Source: an uncultured Fluviicola sp.
GTDB taxonomy: Bacteria > Bacteroidota > Bacteroidia > Flavobacteriales_D > Crocinitomicaceae
Length of the DNA: 64,000 nt
Direction of reading: 5' to 3'
NCBI GenBank assembly: GCA_966211245.1
Contig: CBIHND010000011.1
Span: forward strand, 56,274-120,273
The translations under genes were made by a program, and so were the position numbers. Position 1 is the first letter of the stretch, and every line of letters starts with the position of its first letter. Under the pieces are notes generated by a model, which worked only from the letters and a program-made list of their open reading frames with translations, was not told where the DNA came from and searched no databases. Shown piece after piece: positions 1 to 9,422 of this stretch.

Positions 1-507
1 TTGACTTCTGCCATTCGAATCATGAAAGAGTCTGGCGGACATGCTGTGAAGCTGGAAGGAGGACGAGAAATCATTGAATCTGTAAAACGTATTCTTACTG
101 CCGGGATTCCCGTGATGGGGCATCTTGGATTGACCCCTCAGTCGATCTATAAATTTGGAACATATGTTGTTCGTGCAAAAGAGGAGGAAGAAGCAATGCG
201 CCTGATTGAAGATGCGATTGCGCTCGAAGAAGCCGGCTGTTTTGCGATTGTATTGGAGAAAATTCCAGCTAAACTTGCTGCTGAAGTTGCTTCCAGAGTA
301 TCCATCCCTATTATTGGGATTGGTGCCGGAAATGGCGTTGACGGACAAGTATTGGTTGTACACGACATGTTGGGAATTAACAACGAATTCCAGCCTCGCT
401 TTTTGAGAAAGTACGCGAATTTGTACGAAGAAATGATGAAGGCTTTCCAGCAGTATCACGCTGATATCAAATCAGGTGATTTCCCGAATCAAAACGAACA
501 GTATTGA
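1..507 (+). CDS. panB: 3-methyl-2-oxobutanoate hydroxymethyltransferase, 5' end outside window
   Basis: [26 protein letters not shown] and IGIGAG..DGQVLV motifs typical of PanB. Confidence 0.97.
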   Translation: MTSAIRIMKESGGHAVKLEGGREIIESVKRILTAGIPVMGHLGLTPQSIYKFGTYVVRAKEEEEAMRLIEDAIALEEAGCFAIVLEKIPAKLAAEVASRVSIPIIGIGAGNGVDGQVLVVHDMLGINNEFQPRFLRKYANLYEEMMKAFQQYHADIKSGDFPNQNEQY

Positions 508-1208
508 TGGTTGACGCCCCGTTTGAAGTGGTTTACGAAGACAACCACCTTGTTGTCGTAAACAAACGCGCCGGGGTCAATGTCCAGGGCGACATCTCAG
601 GTGATGAACCGTTGGTAGAAATGGTGCGGAATTACATTCGCGATAAGTTTCATAAACCCGGAAATGTTTTCTGTGGCCTGATTCACCGATTGGATCGACC
701 GGTAAGCGGATTGATCACCTTTGCACGAACCAGCAAATGCCTGGAACGCATGAATAAACAATTCGCGGATAAACATCCTGAAAAAGTTTACTGGGCGATT
801 GTCTGTAATCCACCAAAGGAAAAATCCGGGCGGCTGATTCATCATTTGGAGCGGAACGAGAAAAAGAACAAAACCTTTACCTACTCAAAACCGGGTAAAA
901 ACACCAAGGAAGCGCGGCTCGAATACCGTGAGTTGCTTCAATCCGATAAATATACATTGCTTGAAGTAAAACTGGAAACCGGCAGACATCACCAGATTCG
1001 AGCACAACTCGCAGCAATTGGTTGTGTGATCAAAGGTGATCTGAAATACGGAGCTCCGCGTTCCAACCCGGATGGTTCCATTTCCCTGCATTCACGTTTT
1101 CTTGCATTCGATCACCCTACAAGGCCTGAGGAGCGCGTTCAGGTGACAGCTCCTGTTCCACAACACGATACACTCTGGACCTGGTTTGAAACCCGATTAA
1201 CAACCTGA
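507..1208 (+). CDS. RluA-family RNA pseudouridine synthase
   Basis: HRLDRPVSG catalytic motif and LETGRHHQIRAQLAAIG..I.GD.KYG; ATG overlaps the panB TGA (TGATG). Confidence 0.93.
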   Translation: MVDAPFEVVYEDNHLVVVNKRAGVNVQGDISGDEPLVEMVRNYIRDKFHKPGNVFCGLIHRLDRPVSGLITFARTSKCLERMNKQFADKHPEKVYWAIVCNPPKEKSGRLIHHLERNEKKNKTFTYSKPGKNTKEARLEYRELLQSDKYTLLEVKLETGRHHQIRAQLAAIGCVIKGDLKYGAPRSNPDGSISLHSRFLAFDHPTRPEERVQVTAPVPQHDTLWTWFETRLTT

Positions 1209-1210
1209 TC

Positions 1211-3415
1211 ATGAGACAGCTGTTCACATTTATTTTTGCCTGTTGTACTGTGTTCCTTGTTCAGGGACAAGAAACTCCTTTTCATTATTTCAACACTGCA
1301 GGAGTTCAGAACGAAGCAGTTTATTGTATTCAACAAGATGCTCAGGGCAGATTATTGCTTGGTACGCAACGCGGTTTGCTGCGATACAATGGTTTCACAA
1401 CAAAACGTATTCCAACGGCAGATGAGGCAAATAGAGAAATCAAACAGATTTTTTCAACATCAAAAGGGGTCTTTGTGATCAACAATCACGGAGAACTTTT
1501 CCAAATGAAAAACGATACCCTGAGACGTTTTACAGTGGAAGGCCTTAATTCGGACATCCGATGGATAGAAACGGAAGGGGATTACCTGAAGTTGACTACC
1601 GCTCGGGAGTTGATCGTTGTACACTCGAAGAAGAAAACAATTTCGGAACGAACGCCATTTCTCTTTGCGGAAGATCCGAAAACGTATGTCAGAGCATTTA
1701 ATAAAGGACAAGATCGTTTTCACGTTACTTCAGAAGGAGAATTGGTACTTGCCGCGGAAGGTGAAGCACGATCCATTCCCTTTTTGAATGCTGATGTTGA
1801 GTACTGTGTTACGGCAAATGGTTCTATTCTTTTGGCGACAAGGCATTACAGTGCCGGCGGACTGATCTCTTATTCCAACGGTCAATTCCGAAAAATTCCG
1901 TTAATCTCAGAACACAAACGCCGGCATATTTATCAGGTAAAGGTGATTCATGGTCAAACCATGATTTTCACCAACGATGGAGTAGTGGTGTACACGAATG
2001 GGTTTAAGAAAATGCCCACTGTTTGGTTCGCCGGAATTTCATGTTACGATGCTTTTGAAGATCCTGCCGGAAACTGTTGGATTGCGACCAAAAACCGCGG
2101 TTTGATTTTGATTCCTTCGGGTCGTCACCATAAAATAACCAATGAAAGTGTAAGTGCGATTTCCTTTGATACACAAGGAAGCCTTGTACTTGGTGCCGGA
2201 AGTTCGTCAATTGTGCGCATGAAGACAAATGGCACTTCGTTGCAACGCGTAACATCCGAAGGTTTGATCGATGAGGTATCGTTTTGCTATTCGGATAAGG
2301 AATTCGGTGGATATTTCTTCTCCTCAGGATTTATCAGTTCTTTAGGAGAGATAACGCCGTTAGGAAAACGCATTCATGAGGTCTGTCGAACACCGAACGG
2401 TGAATTGTTGCTTGCCACATCGAAAGGATTGTACCGCTACCCGAATGTGAGTTACGCTGTTTGGAAAAAGCGATTGAAAAACCCGGCTTTTGGAGAACAA
2501 ATAGTTGATGGGAATTGCCACCTGATGGTTCAGCGTGAAAATGGTGCAATTGTCGTTGCCAACGGGGATGGTTTGTTCGTTGTAGAAAATGGCGAAGTAA
2601 AAGAAATTAAGAAATCGAACGAACACATTCGCGCTACAAACGCTACATGGTTTCAATCGTCGTTGTATGTAGTTACCAGCGGGAATGCGTTGTTGGAGAT
2701 AAAAGGTAATCGGGTAACTAAAACACGTTACCTGAATCAGACGGAAGTGATCAACGTACTTAAGCTCAGTGCATCATCCAAACACTTGTATTTATTAACC
2801 GAAAATGGGCTATATCGCGCTCCTAAGATGGACGCGAAGTTTGAATCGTTGAAAGATGCATTGGGATTTGACGGGGTGTTTATTCGAGATTTCTGTGTGA
2901 AGAACGATCAGGTTTTTCTGGCGACGCAGGAAGGTGTTTTCAATTACGAATGGACCACGGTAAAACAGCTTGCTATTCATTTTGTTGTAGGACAACCGCA
3001 AAACAAGGACAAAAAAGAGACTTCCCAACGCTCATTCAAATCAGGGAATTTGACACTTCCGGTAGAGTGTATCGACCTTACCGGCGCGCATGCCTTCCAT
3101 TTGCAGTACCGTTTGGTTTACGAAGGAACAGAAGGAGATTGGGTGGAAGTAGTTCCGGGAACCGAACGCATTCCCTTCCCAAGTCTCGCTTCGGGAATGT
3201 ACACCGTTGAACTTCGCATGATCGATCCGGTTTCCGGTGCATCCACTAAAATTCAAAAACGGCGTTTCGAAATTCAATCCAATTGGTATGAACTAAAATT
3301 GTTGTGGATCAGTATTGGTGTGGCATTGGTGCTTGGAATCCAATGGACTATGAAGAAATTGCGTCCGGAGAAGCCAAAGCGTGTGCGTAAAAAGAAGCAG
3401 CCGCAGACGACGTAA
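1211..3415 (+). CDS. Two-component-sensor-like beta-propeller + Y_Y_Y domain membrane protein with no cytoplasmic kinase
   Basis: Signal peptide, Reg_prop-like GLLRYNG and repeated GL(Y/F) blades, LQYRL...LASGMYTVELR Y_Y_Y-like segment, one TM helix, then about 20 basic residues. Confidence 0.75.
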   Translation: MRQLFTFIFACCTVFLVQGQETPFHYFNTAGVQNEAVYCIQQDAQGRLLLGTQRGLLRYNGFTTKRIPTADEANREIKQIFSTSKGVFVINNHGELFQMKNDTLRRFTVEGLNSDIRWIETEGDYLKLTTARELIVVHSKKKTISERTPFLFAEDPKTYVRAFNKGQDRFHVTSEGELVLAAEGEARSIPFLNADVEYCVTANGSILLATRHYSAGGLISYSNGQFRKIPLISEHKRRHIYQVKVIHGQTMIFTNDGVVVYTNGFKKMPTVWFAGISCYDAFEDPAGNCWIATKNRGLILIPSGRHHKITNESVSAISFDTQGSLVLGAGSSSIVRMKTNGTSLQRVTSEGLIDEVSFCYSDKEFGGYFFSSGFISSLGEITPLGKRIHEVCRTPNGELLLATSKGLYRYPNVSYAVWKKRLKNPAFGEQIVDGNCHLMVQRENGAIVVANGDGLFVVENGEVKEIKKSNEHIRATNATWFQSSLYVVTSGNALLEIKGNRVTKTRYLNQTEVINVLKLSASSKHLYLLTENGLYRAPKMDAKFESLKDALGFDGVFIRDFCVKNDQVFLATQEGVFNYEWTTVKQLAIHFVVGQPQNKDKKETSQRSFKSGNLTLPVECIDLTGAHAFHLQYRLVYEGTEGDWVEVVPGTERIPFPSLASGMYTVELRMIDPVSGASTKIQKRRFEIQSNWYELKLLWISIGVALVLGIQWTMKKLRPEKPKRVRKKKQPQTT

Positions 3416-4291
3416 TTATTTCCATTCAAATGCGCACCTGAACCCAACAAGTGCACTTGGCTGAGGTATTTCATGACTTTCTGATCCTTCATCAATTGCT
3501 ACCTGACCTTTCCAGTTGCTTCCGATAACCGTTCCGGGGATAGTGGTCAATTCACTGAGGTTATTATCCAGGCAGAAAATCCAGCTTTTCATTTTCGCTC
3601 CTTTCTTCGGCATTACAAAATCCGGAATGGATCTTTCGCCCAATACCATTACACCTTTGCAGTTGGCGTTGAGGAAGTTCCTTTTGCTCTTCTTCATATG
3701 TGCAAGCTGATGCTCCAGATACTTTTTTGTTTTATCCCATTCCTGTTTGGAGGGAAGTTTATAGTGCGGGAAGCGGTTGATCTTATCGGTTTTCGGGATG
3801 TCGAGTTTGCCTTTTTTGTAAGCTTCAATAGAAACAATATTGTCTTTGGTTCTTTTCAGTGATTCTTCCCAGGTGGTGAACTTATTCTTGATCAGCAGGA
3901 ACTCAAAAACACGATCATTTCGCCATGCTGCAAATGCCTGGGCCTGTTCATAACTCACTCCCACAACCGGATGCGCTCGGTAAGATGGATGCCGCAGGTA
4001 ATCTGTTTCCAAATCAATGTAGGACGAATCAATTTTTGTCCAGACAGTTGTGTCAGGCAACGTATTTAGGTACTCCGGACTGTCGGTTCCATACACTCTG
4101 CCAGTCCAGTACATGAATTCAAGCCAATTGAAATTCGTTACTTCCGTTTGATCCATTCCGAAGTTCTCATCGATGAATACAATACCCGGAATATCCTTTT
4201 CGTCAATCCAATATTCAGATTTACCTGATTTTGAACTGCAGGCAAGCGCCAGGAAAATGGAACAACTTAGAATCAGCAACAGAGTTTTCAT
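3416..4291 (-). CDS. FGE-sulfatase/SUMF1-domain (GldJ/GldK-like) lipoprotein
   Basis: Lipobox LALAC; MDQTEVTN..WLEF, PDTTVW, DYLRHPSY..HPVVGVSYEQA..FA.WR, LPS..EW, VGFRC. Confidence 0.8.
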   Translation of the reverse strand: MKTLLLILSCSIFLALACSSKSGKSEYWIDEKDIPGIVFIDENFGMDQTEVTNFNWLEFMYWTGRVYGTDSPEYLNTLPDTTVWTKIDSSYIDLETDYLRHPSYRAHPVVGVSYEQAQAFAAWRNDRVFEFLLIKNKFTTWEESLKRTKDNIVSIEAYKKGKLDIPKTDKINRFPHYKLPSKQEWDKTKKYLEHQLAHMKKSKRNFLNANCKGVMVLGERSIPDFVMPKKGAKMKSWIFCLDNNLSELTTIPGTVIGSNWKGQVAIDEGSESHEIPQPSALVGFRCAFEWK

Positions 4292-4372
4292 GCTTTGATA
4301 AGTATTTGGACATGAAAAGTTACAGCAGGAAGATTAGTTTGAGTATATTCGTTCTACTAAAACTTATGGCCT

Positions 4373-4957
4373 ATGAGTACGGAAAATCTGGTATTTAACT
4401 TGAATAAAAACATGCCGGTTCGAATGGGAATCGGTGTCGTGTTGTTTCTTAGTGTTGGTGTTTGGTTAGCGGTGTTCTTCCGACCACACAATTACGTAAT
4501 GCAATACATTTTTATTGGTCTTGGTGTACTTTGTTTGATGCTGGGAGCATGGTTATTGGTTATGCTGATCAAAAAACTCACTGGACCAAAGGAAGGAATC
4601 ATTGTTACTTCGGAAGGAATCATTGAACAGGTAAATCAACACGGAGTTCCGATGATTTATTGGAAAGACATCAAAGGAATTCGCGAGGAAATGGTATTTA
4701 CGAATAAATTCATTCGTATAGACGTTTATAATCCAGACGATTACATTGGACAGGCAAAGAACGCCGTTCAGCGTCGAATGATGAAAAACAATTTCAAGAT
4801 GTATGGATCACCCTTTCTTGTAACAAGTAAAGTACTTGGAATCCGTCATAATGACCTGATGATGCAGTTGAATAATGAGTTTGCACCCATCAAACAGGCG
4901 AGGGAGGAAGCAAAAAAAGAAGCAAATAATACAGAACAAAATGAAAACGCTATTTGA
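4373..4957 (+). CDS. STM3941-family membrane protein
   Basis: Two N-terminal TM helices followed by GIIVTSEGI and I.WKDIKGI PH-like segment. Confidence 0.65.
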   Translation: MSTENLVFNLNKNMPVRMGIGVVLFLSVGVWLAVFFRPHNYVMQYIFIGLGVLCLMLGAWLLVMLIKKLTGPKEGIIVTSEGIIEQVNQHGVPMIYWKDIKGIREEMVFTNKFIRIDVYNPDDYIGQAKNAVQRRMMKNNFKMYGSPFLVTSKVLGIRHNDLMMQLNNEFAPIKQAREEAKKEANNTEQNENAI

Positions 4958-5390
4958 TCAGGCAGCATTAGAAGAAAGCCTTTCGAGAATTGAGCAATTG
5001 AGTCCTGAATCTCAGGGACAGTGGGGGAAAATGAATGTGGCTCAAATGCTGAAGCACTGTTCATCTACAATGGAAGTGGCTCGCGGACAACGACACATTA
5101 AACGGATGTTCATTGGCTATTTATTGGGTGGAATGATCAAAAAACATTTCTACAACGACGCTCCTGTGAAAAGAAATTCACCAACTCACGCAACATTTGT
5201 TGTAGTTGACGAGAAAGATTTTGAACAGGAAAAGCAGACACTTATTGAGCATCTGAAAGCATTCACGGCCGCTGGACCGGAAGGATGTACTTCAGCTGCG
5301 CATGCGTTTTTCGGACCTTTAACGAAAGAGCAATGGGGGATGGGGATGTACAAGCACCTTGATCATCACTTGCAACAATTCGGAGTGTAA
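4941..5390 (+). CDS. DUF1569 (DinB-like) protein
   Basis: WGKMNVAQMLKHC, HAFFGPLTKEQW, YKHLDHHLQQFGV; start placed at MKTLF, overlapping the upstream gene by 17 bp. Confidence 0.88.
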   Translation: MKTLFDQAALEESLSRIEQLSPESQGQWGKMNVAQMLKHCSSTMEVARGQRHIKRMFIGYLLGGMIKKHFYNDAPVKRNSPTHATFVVVDEKDFEQEKQTLIEHLKAFTAAGPEGCTSAAHAFFGPLTKEQWGMGMYKHLDHHLQQFGV

Positions 5391-6031
5391 TGGAATTCAT
5401 TTCAAAAGAACTCGACGATTACTGCTGCAATCATACTTCTCAGGAAGATGCTTTGTTGGCTAAGTTGAATCGCGAGACGCATGTAAAAATCTTGCAACCA
5501 CGCATGTTAAGCGGTCACTTTCAGGGCCGCCTGCTTAGCTTGTTGTCTAAAATGATTCGTCCTGAACGGATCCTTGAAATTGGTACGTACACCGGATATA
5601 GTGGTCTTTGTATGGCCGAGGGATTAACAGAAAGTGGTAAGCTCATTACCATTGATGTCAACGCTCAACTGGAAGATTTCACTCGTTCGTATTTTGAGAA
5701 AAGCGAATACGCCGCTAAAATCGATTACCGTATTGCCAATGCAATGGAATTGATTCCGCAATTGGACGAACAATTTGACCTGGTTTTCATTGACGCAGAT
5801 AAACAGAATTACATCAATTATTATCACCTCGTTTTCGACAAGGTTAAATCGGGAGGTTACATTTTGTCCGACAACGTGTTGTGGTCTGGAAAAGTCGTTC
5901 AAACCGAAGGAAAGATTGATAAAGACACGGCTTTGCTGAAAGAATTCAATGAATTGGTTCAAAATGATCCGCGGGTAGAAAACATTCTGCTTCCCATTCG
6001 TGATGGAATAATGATTGCCCGAAAGAGATAA
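5390..6031 (+). CDS. SAM-dependent O-methyltransferase (caffeoyl-CoA/COMT-like)
   Basis: MLSGHFQG, ILEIGTYTGYS, FDLVFIDADK.NY, DNVLWSGKV, LPIRDG. Confidence 0.93.
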   Translation: MEFISKELDDYCCNHTSQEDALLAKLNRETHVKILQPRMLSGHFQGRLLSLLSKMIRPERILEIGTYTGYSGLCMAEGLTESGKLITIDVNAQLEDFTRSYFEKSEYAAKIDYRIANAMELIPQLDEQFDLVFIDADKQNYINYYHLVFDKVKSGGYILSDNVLWSGKVVQTEGKIDKDTALLKEFNELVQNDPRVENILLPIRDGIMIARKR

Positions 6032-6107
6032 TCCGTTCAAAATCAGACAAAGTACTTGTTGCTTTAGGCAAAATACGTTAGTTTAGGTCTTGATTTTTCA
6101 GAAGAAG

Positions 6108-7667
6108 ATGAAGAAACTACTATTATTTTGCTTCGCATTCGGAGCATTTGCGGGTACCGCTCAAACATGGAGCGACGATGTTGCCGGTATTGTGTACAAC
6201 AAATGTTCCAAGTGCCACCACGATGGTGGTTTGGCTCCATTCGCTTTGATGTCTTACGGAGACGTGAGTTCGATGATTTCATCCATAGAAGATGCAGTCA
6301 CAAATGATGAGATGCCACCCTGGCCGCCAGACAATAATTACCAGCAATACAGTCATCCGCGTTCGTTGAGTGCTACTGAAAAAAGTACTATGCTGACCTG
6401 GATTGGAAATGGTTTTCCGGAAGGAAATCAGGCAAATGCCCCGGCTCCTCCGATCTTCAACGAAGGATCAATTCTCGGGAACGGCGATCTGACGGTTCAG
6501 ATTCCTACCTACATGTCGAAGGCAAATGGAATGGATGATTACGTATGTTTTTCCATTCCTGCAGGATTGGCGCAGGACAGAATCATCCGTGCTATGGAAA
6601 TCATTCCCGGAAATCGTGCAATTGTGCACCACGCTTTGATTTACGTTGACGATACCGGAAGTTATCCTACGGATACCGTTGGAGGCGATTGCGGTGGTCC
6701 GCCGGATGCGACGTTAATAACCGGTTATACTCCCGGAGCTTCACCGTTAGTCTTCCCATCCGGTTCCGGTTTCAAATTGGGAATGAACATTCCGGCCGGA
6801 AGTAATATTGTTTTTGCAATGCATTACCCGAACGGGAGTTATGGTGAATACGACTCCACAAAAGTGATATTTCATTTCTATCCACCTGGTGAAACAGGCG
6901 TCCGGGAAGTATTCGCTGCAGCTCCTTTGCAAAACTGGGGACTTTCATTGCCACCGAACCAGGTTACTACGGCAACTGCAACCTATGCAGGAAGCAATCT
7001 CCCGATAGACATTTCAGTTTTGAGTGCTTTCCCTCACATGCACCTCGTTGGCAGGGAAATTACAGCGTATGGATTGACACAGCAAAACGACACCATCAAA
7101 TACATACACATTCCGGAGTGGGATTTCCATTGGCAGGATTTCTATTTCTTCAAGTACATTCAGAAGACGCCAGCTGGAACGACGCTGAAGGCCCGCGCTG
7201 TTTATGACAATACAACGAATAACCCGGAAAATCCAAACAACCCTCCGCAATGGGTATATGCCGGAGAAAGTACAACAGATGAGATGCTTATGGTGTATTT
7301 CCATTACATGTATTACGAGAATGGTGATGAGAACATCAACATGGAAGATTACCTGACAACCGGAATTCAGGAATTTACGAATTCCGAGGAAGGATGGATG
7401 GTTTATCCCAATCCTTCCGGTCAGAATGAAGAAATTCATATTGTACCCGCTAATCTGAGCACTGGTGATGTGGTTTCATTGGCTATTTATGCAACTGATG
7501 GACAACTGGTAAAAACCATTTCAAGAGGAATGACAATTTCAGATGGTTTTGCCGGATTTGAATGGGACGGAACAACGGATTCAGGAACTTCATGTTCGAA
7601 GGGAGTGTACCATTTGTCGTTGCTTCACAATGGAAGGGTTTCGCATTATACAATTGTTCGAAGATAA
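6108..7667 (+). CDS. T9SS type A cargo: copper type II (PHM/DBH-like) monooxygenase domain with N-terminal CxxCH motif
   Basis: Signal peptide; CSKCHH; IVHHALIY, MHYP, FPHMHLVG and TTDEM copper-ligand pattern; WMVYPNPS...WDG..GVYHL CTD. Confidence 0.8.
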   Translation: MKKLLLFCFAFGAFAGTAQTWSDDVAGIVYNKCSKCHHDGGLAPFALMSYGDVSSMISSIEDAVTNDEMPPWPPDNNYQQYSHPRSLSATEKSTMLTWIGNGFPEGNQANAPAPPIFNEGSILGNGDLTVQIPTYMSKANGMDDYVCFSIPAGLAQDRIIRAMEIIPGNRAIVHHALIYVDDTGSYPTDTVGGDCGGPPDATLITGYTPGASPLVFPSGSGFKLGMNIPAGSNIVFAMHYPNGSYGEYDSTKVIFHFYPPGETGVREVFAAAPLQNWGLSLPPNQVTTATATYAGSNLPIDISVLSAFPHMHLVGREITAYGLTQQNDTIKYIHIPEWDFHWQDFYFFKYIQKTPAGTTLKARAVYDNTTNNPENPNNPPQWVYAGESTTDEMLMVYFHYMYYENGDENINMEDYLTTGIQEFTNSEEGWMVYPNPSGQNEEIHIVPANLSTGDVVSLAIYATDGQLVKTISRGMTISDGFAGFEWDGTTDSGTSCSKGVYHLSLLHNGRVSHYTIVRR

Positions 7668-7706
7668 GAGAGTAAATACTATTATCTGAGCATTCGGAAT
7701 AAGAAG

Positions 7707-7741
7707 AAAATCCCGGCGAGATCCTAATCAGCCGGGATTTT
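7707..7741. terminator. Bidirectional intrinsic terminator
   Basis: AAAATCCCGGC...GCCGGGATTTT between convergent genes. Confidence 0.85.
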
Positions 7742-7759
7742 CAGTTTATTGACTTTTTG

Positions 7760-9220
7760 TTAATCAAAGATATTATCCGAAATCGGGAATCCGATTGTAT
7801 ATGATGTTCCGTTTGAGTTGGAAATGCGCTCCAGAGAGCCGTTCAGTTGTTCTGTAAGACTTTCAATTAAAAGGAGGCCGAGTGAATCCACGCTGCCATC
7901 CTGTTTCTGAGGCGGAATACCAACGCCGTCATCGGCAACATGAAGAATATACTCGGTTGGAGTCCTGGAAAGATTAATATCGATGTGTCCGTTTTTTCTT
8001 CCCACAAAGCCGTGCTTGATAGAATTGGTCAGAAGTTCGTTCAGGATCAATCCGAGTGGAATTGCAATTTCCAGAGGCAGTTTGATCCTTTCGGTAGTGA
8101 TTTCGTAATCAATGACCTGTTCGTTCACCATACTATCAATCAGCGACTGCAGAAGTGTATTACTGTATCCGTTAAAATCAATACTTGCCAGTTCGTTGCT
8201 CTTATAGAGTAACTCGTGCACATTCGCAATTGATAATATTCGACTCAATGTAACATCGAGAATGGCTTTCACTTCTTCGTTATCCTCATTTCTGGCCTGA
8301 AGTCGTACCAGTGAACTGATGATTTGCAGGTTGTTTTTTACCCGATGATGAATTTCCTTCAACAAGGTTTCCTTTTCACGATTCGATCGTTGCAACTGAA
8401 TGTTCTCTTCTTTGATCCGTTCCGTAAGGTCAGTTGTTGTCAGAAAAACCTGCTTATATGTTTCTTCGCAACCACGTACAACAATCCATTTGAAATGAAC
8501 ATATCGTTTATTTCCTTTAAACGTAATTAACTCAGCATCAAATTCACAGCTGGTTTTTCCATTTGCGATGGCTTCCATCTGTGTTAGAAGGTATTCATTT
8601 GAATGTTCCGTGGTAAGCGATCGGAAATGATCCAAAACCTGTTCTTTCGATTTGGCTTCGTTAATGTCGACTACGGCTTGATTGATTCCGTTAACAACCA
8701 ACAATTCCATCATCCACTTCAATTCCTGTTTGTTGCCCTGAAGAAATTCTTTGATATCCTTCACACCATAAGATTTCAAGGTGTCAATTCGCTTCTTGAT
8801 CATTGAGAAATCTTCATCCCAAATCGGGATAGGAGAGTCTTCAAACAAAGAGCTATTCGTTGAATCGATTTTTTTGAGCTCAGACCACTTGTCGTTATTG
8901 TGTTCCAGGTCCGTCAGTTCCCAAAGAATAAGTTCCTCATTGTTAAGCGGAAGTGGGAACCGGTTTACTGCGATGAGTTTCGTTTTGTTCATCGAAAAAA
9001 CAACACGGTGTGCCTGCGGAAAACTGGTGTTTTTTTGTTCCCCTTGGTTATTTAGTTCCGGGAAATATCGCGTGATGGGTGGAGGATCCTCGTAGTGTGT
9101 TAATTCCATCATTTTTCGCGCCAGGCTACACGCAAAAATTGTCTGATACCTGGAATCCGTGATCCAAATACCATTCTGCGAAACTGACGCAATAGTCTGA
9201 AATAACTGGTTAACAATCAT
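7760..9220 (-). CDS. Cytoplasmic PAS sensor histidine kinase (HisKA_2/HWE-like), orphan
   Basis: LLKEIHHRVKNNLQIISSL H-box, ELLTNSIKHGF, VADDGVG, SLGLLLI; PAS-like FEDSPIPIWDEDFS; no TM segment seen. Confidence 0.9.
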   Translation of the reverse strand: MIVNQLFQTIASVSQNGIWITDSRYQTIFACSLARKMMELTHYEDPPPITRYFPELNNQGEQKNTSFPQAHRVVFSMNKTKLIAVNRFPLPLNNEELILWELTDLEHNNDKWSELKKIDSTNSSLFEDSPIPIWDEDFSMIKKRIDTLKSYGVKDIKEFLQGNKQELKWMMELLVVNGINQAVVDINEAKSKEQVLDHFRSLTTEHSNEYLLTQMEAIANGKTSCEFDAELITFKGNKRYVHFKWIVVRGCEETYKQVFLTTTDLTERIKEENIQLQRSNREKETLLKEIHHRVKNNLQIISSLVRLQARNEDNEEVKAILDVTLSRILSIANVHELLYKSNELASIDFNGYSNTLLQSLIDSMVNEQVIDYEITTERIKLPLEIAIPLGLILNELLTNSIKHGFVGRKNGHIDINLSRTPTEYILHVADDGVGIPPQKQDGSVDSLGLLLIESLTEQLNGSLERISNSNGTSYTIGFPISDNIFD

Positions 9221-9422
9221 AGTCGCTTATAGGTCCTTACCGTTTTTAAAAGTAAAAAATCCGCGGAGTGTAACACCCCTTTATGGGGTTTCTTTTATCC
9301 GTAAGGGGTTATGAATGAATATTTTGACAGAAATTTGTATCAGAACGGTAACTTTTTCATCGTTTTTACGATATAGGAAATTGGGCACAATAGTTGCCTT
9401 AAAGAATACAAACCAAAGATTT

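Noticed and set aside
3300-3500. Frameshifted kinase continuation of 1211..3415
   Set aside because: No H-box or QMNPHF-type sequence in any frame downstream; the region is occupied by the intact convergent gene
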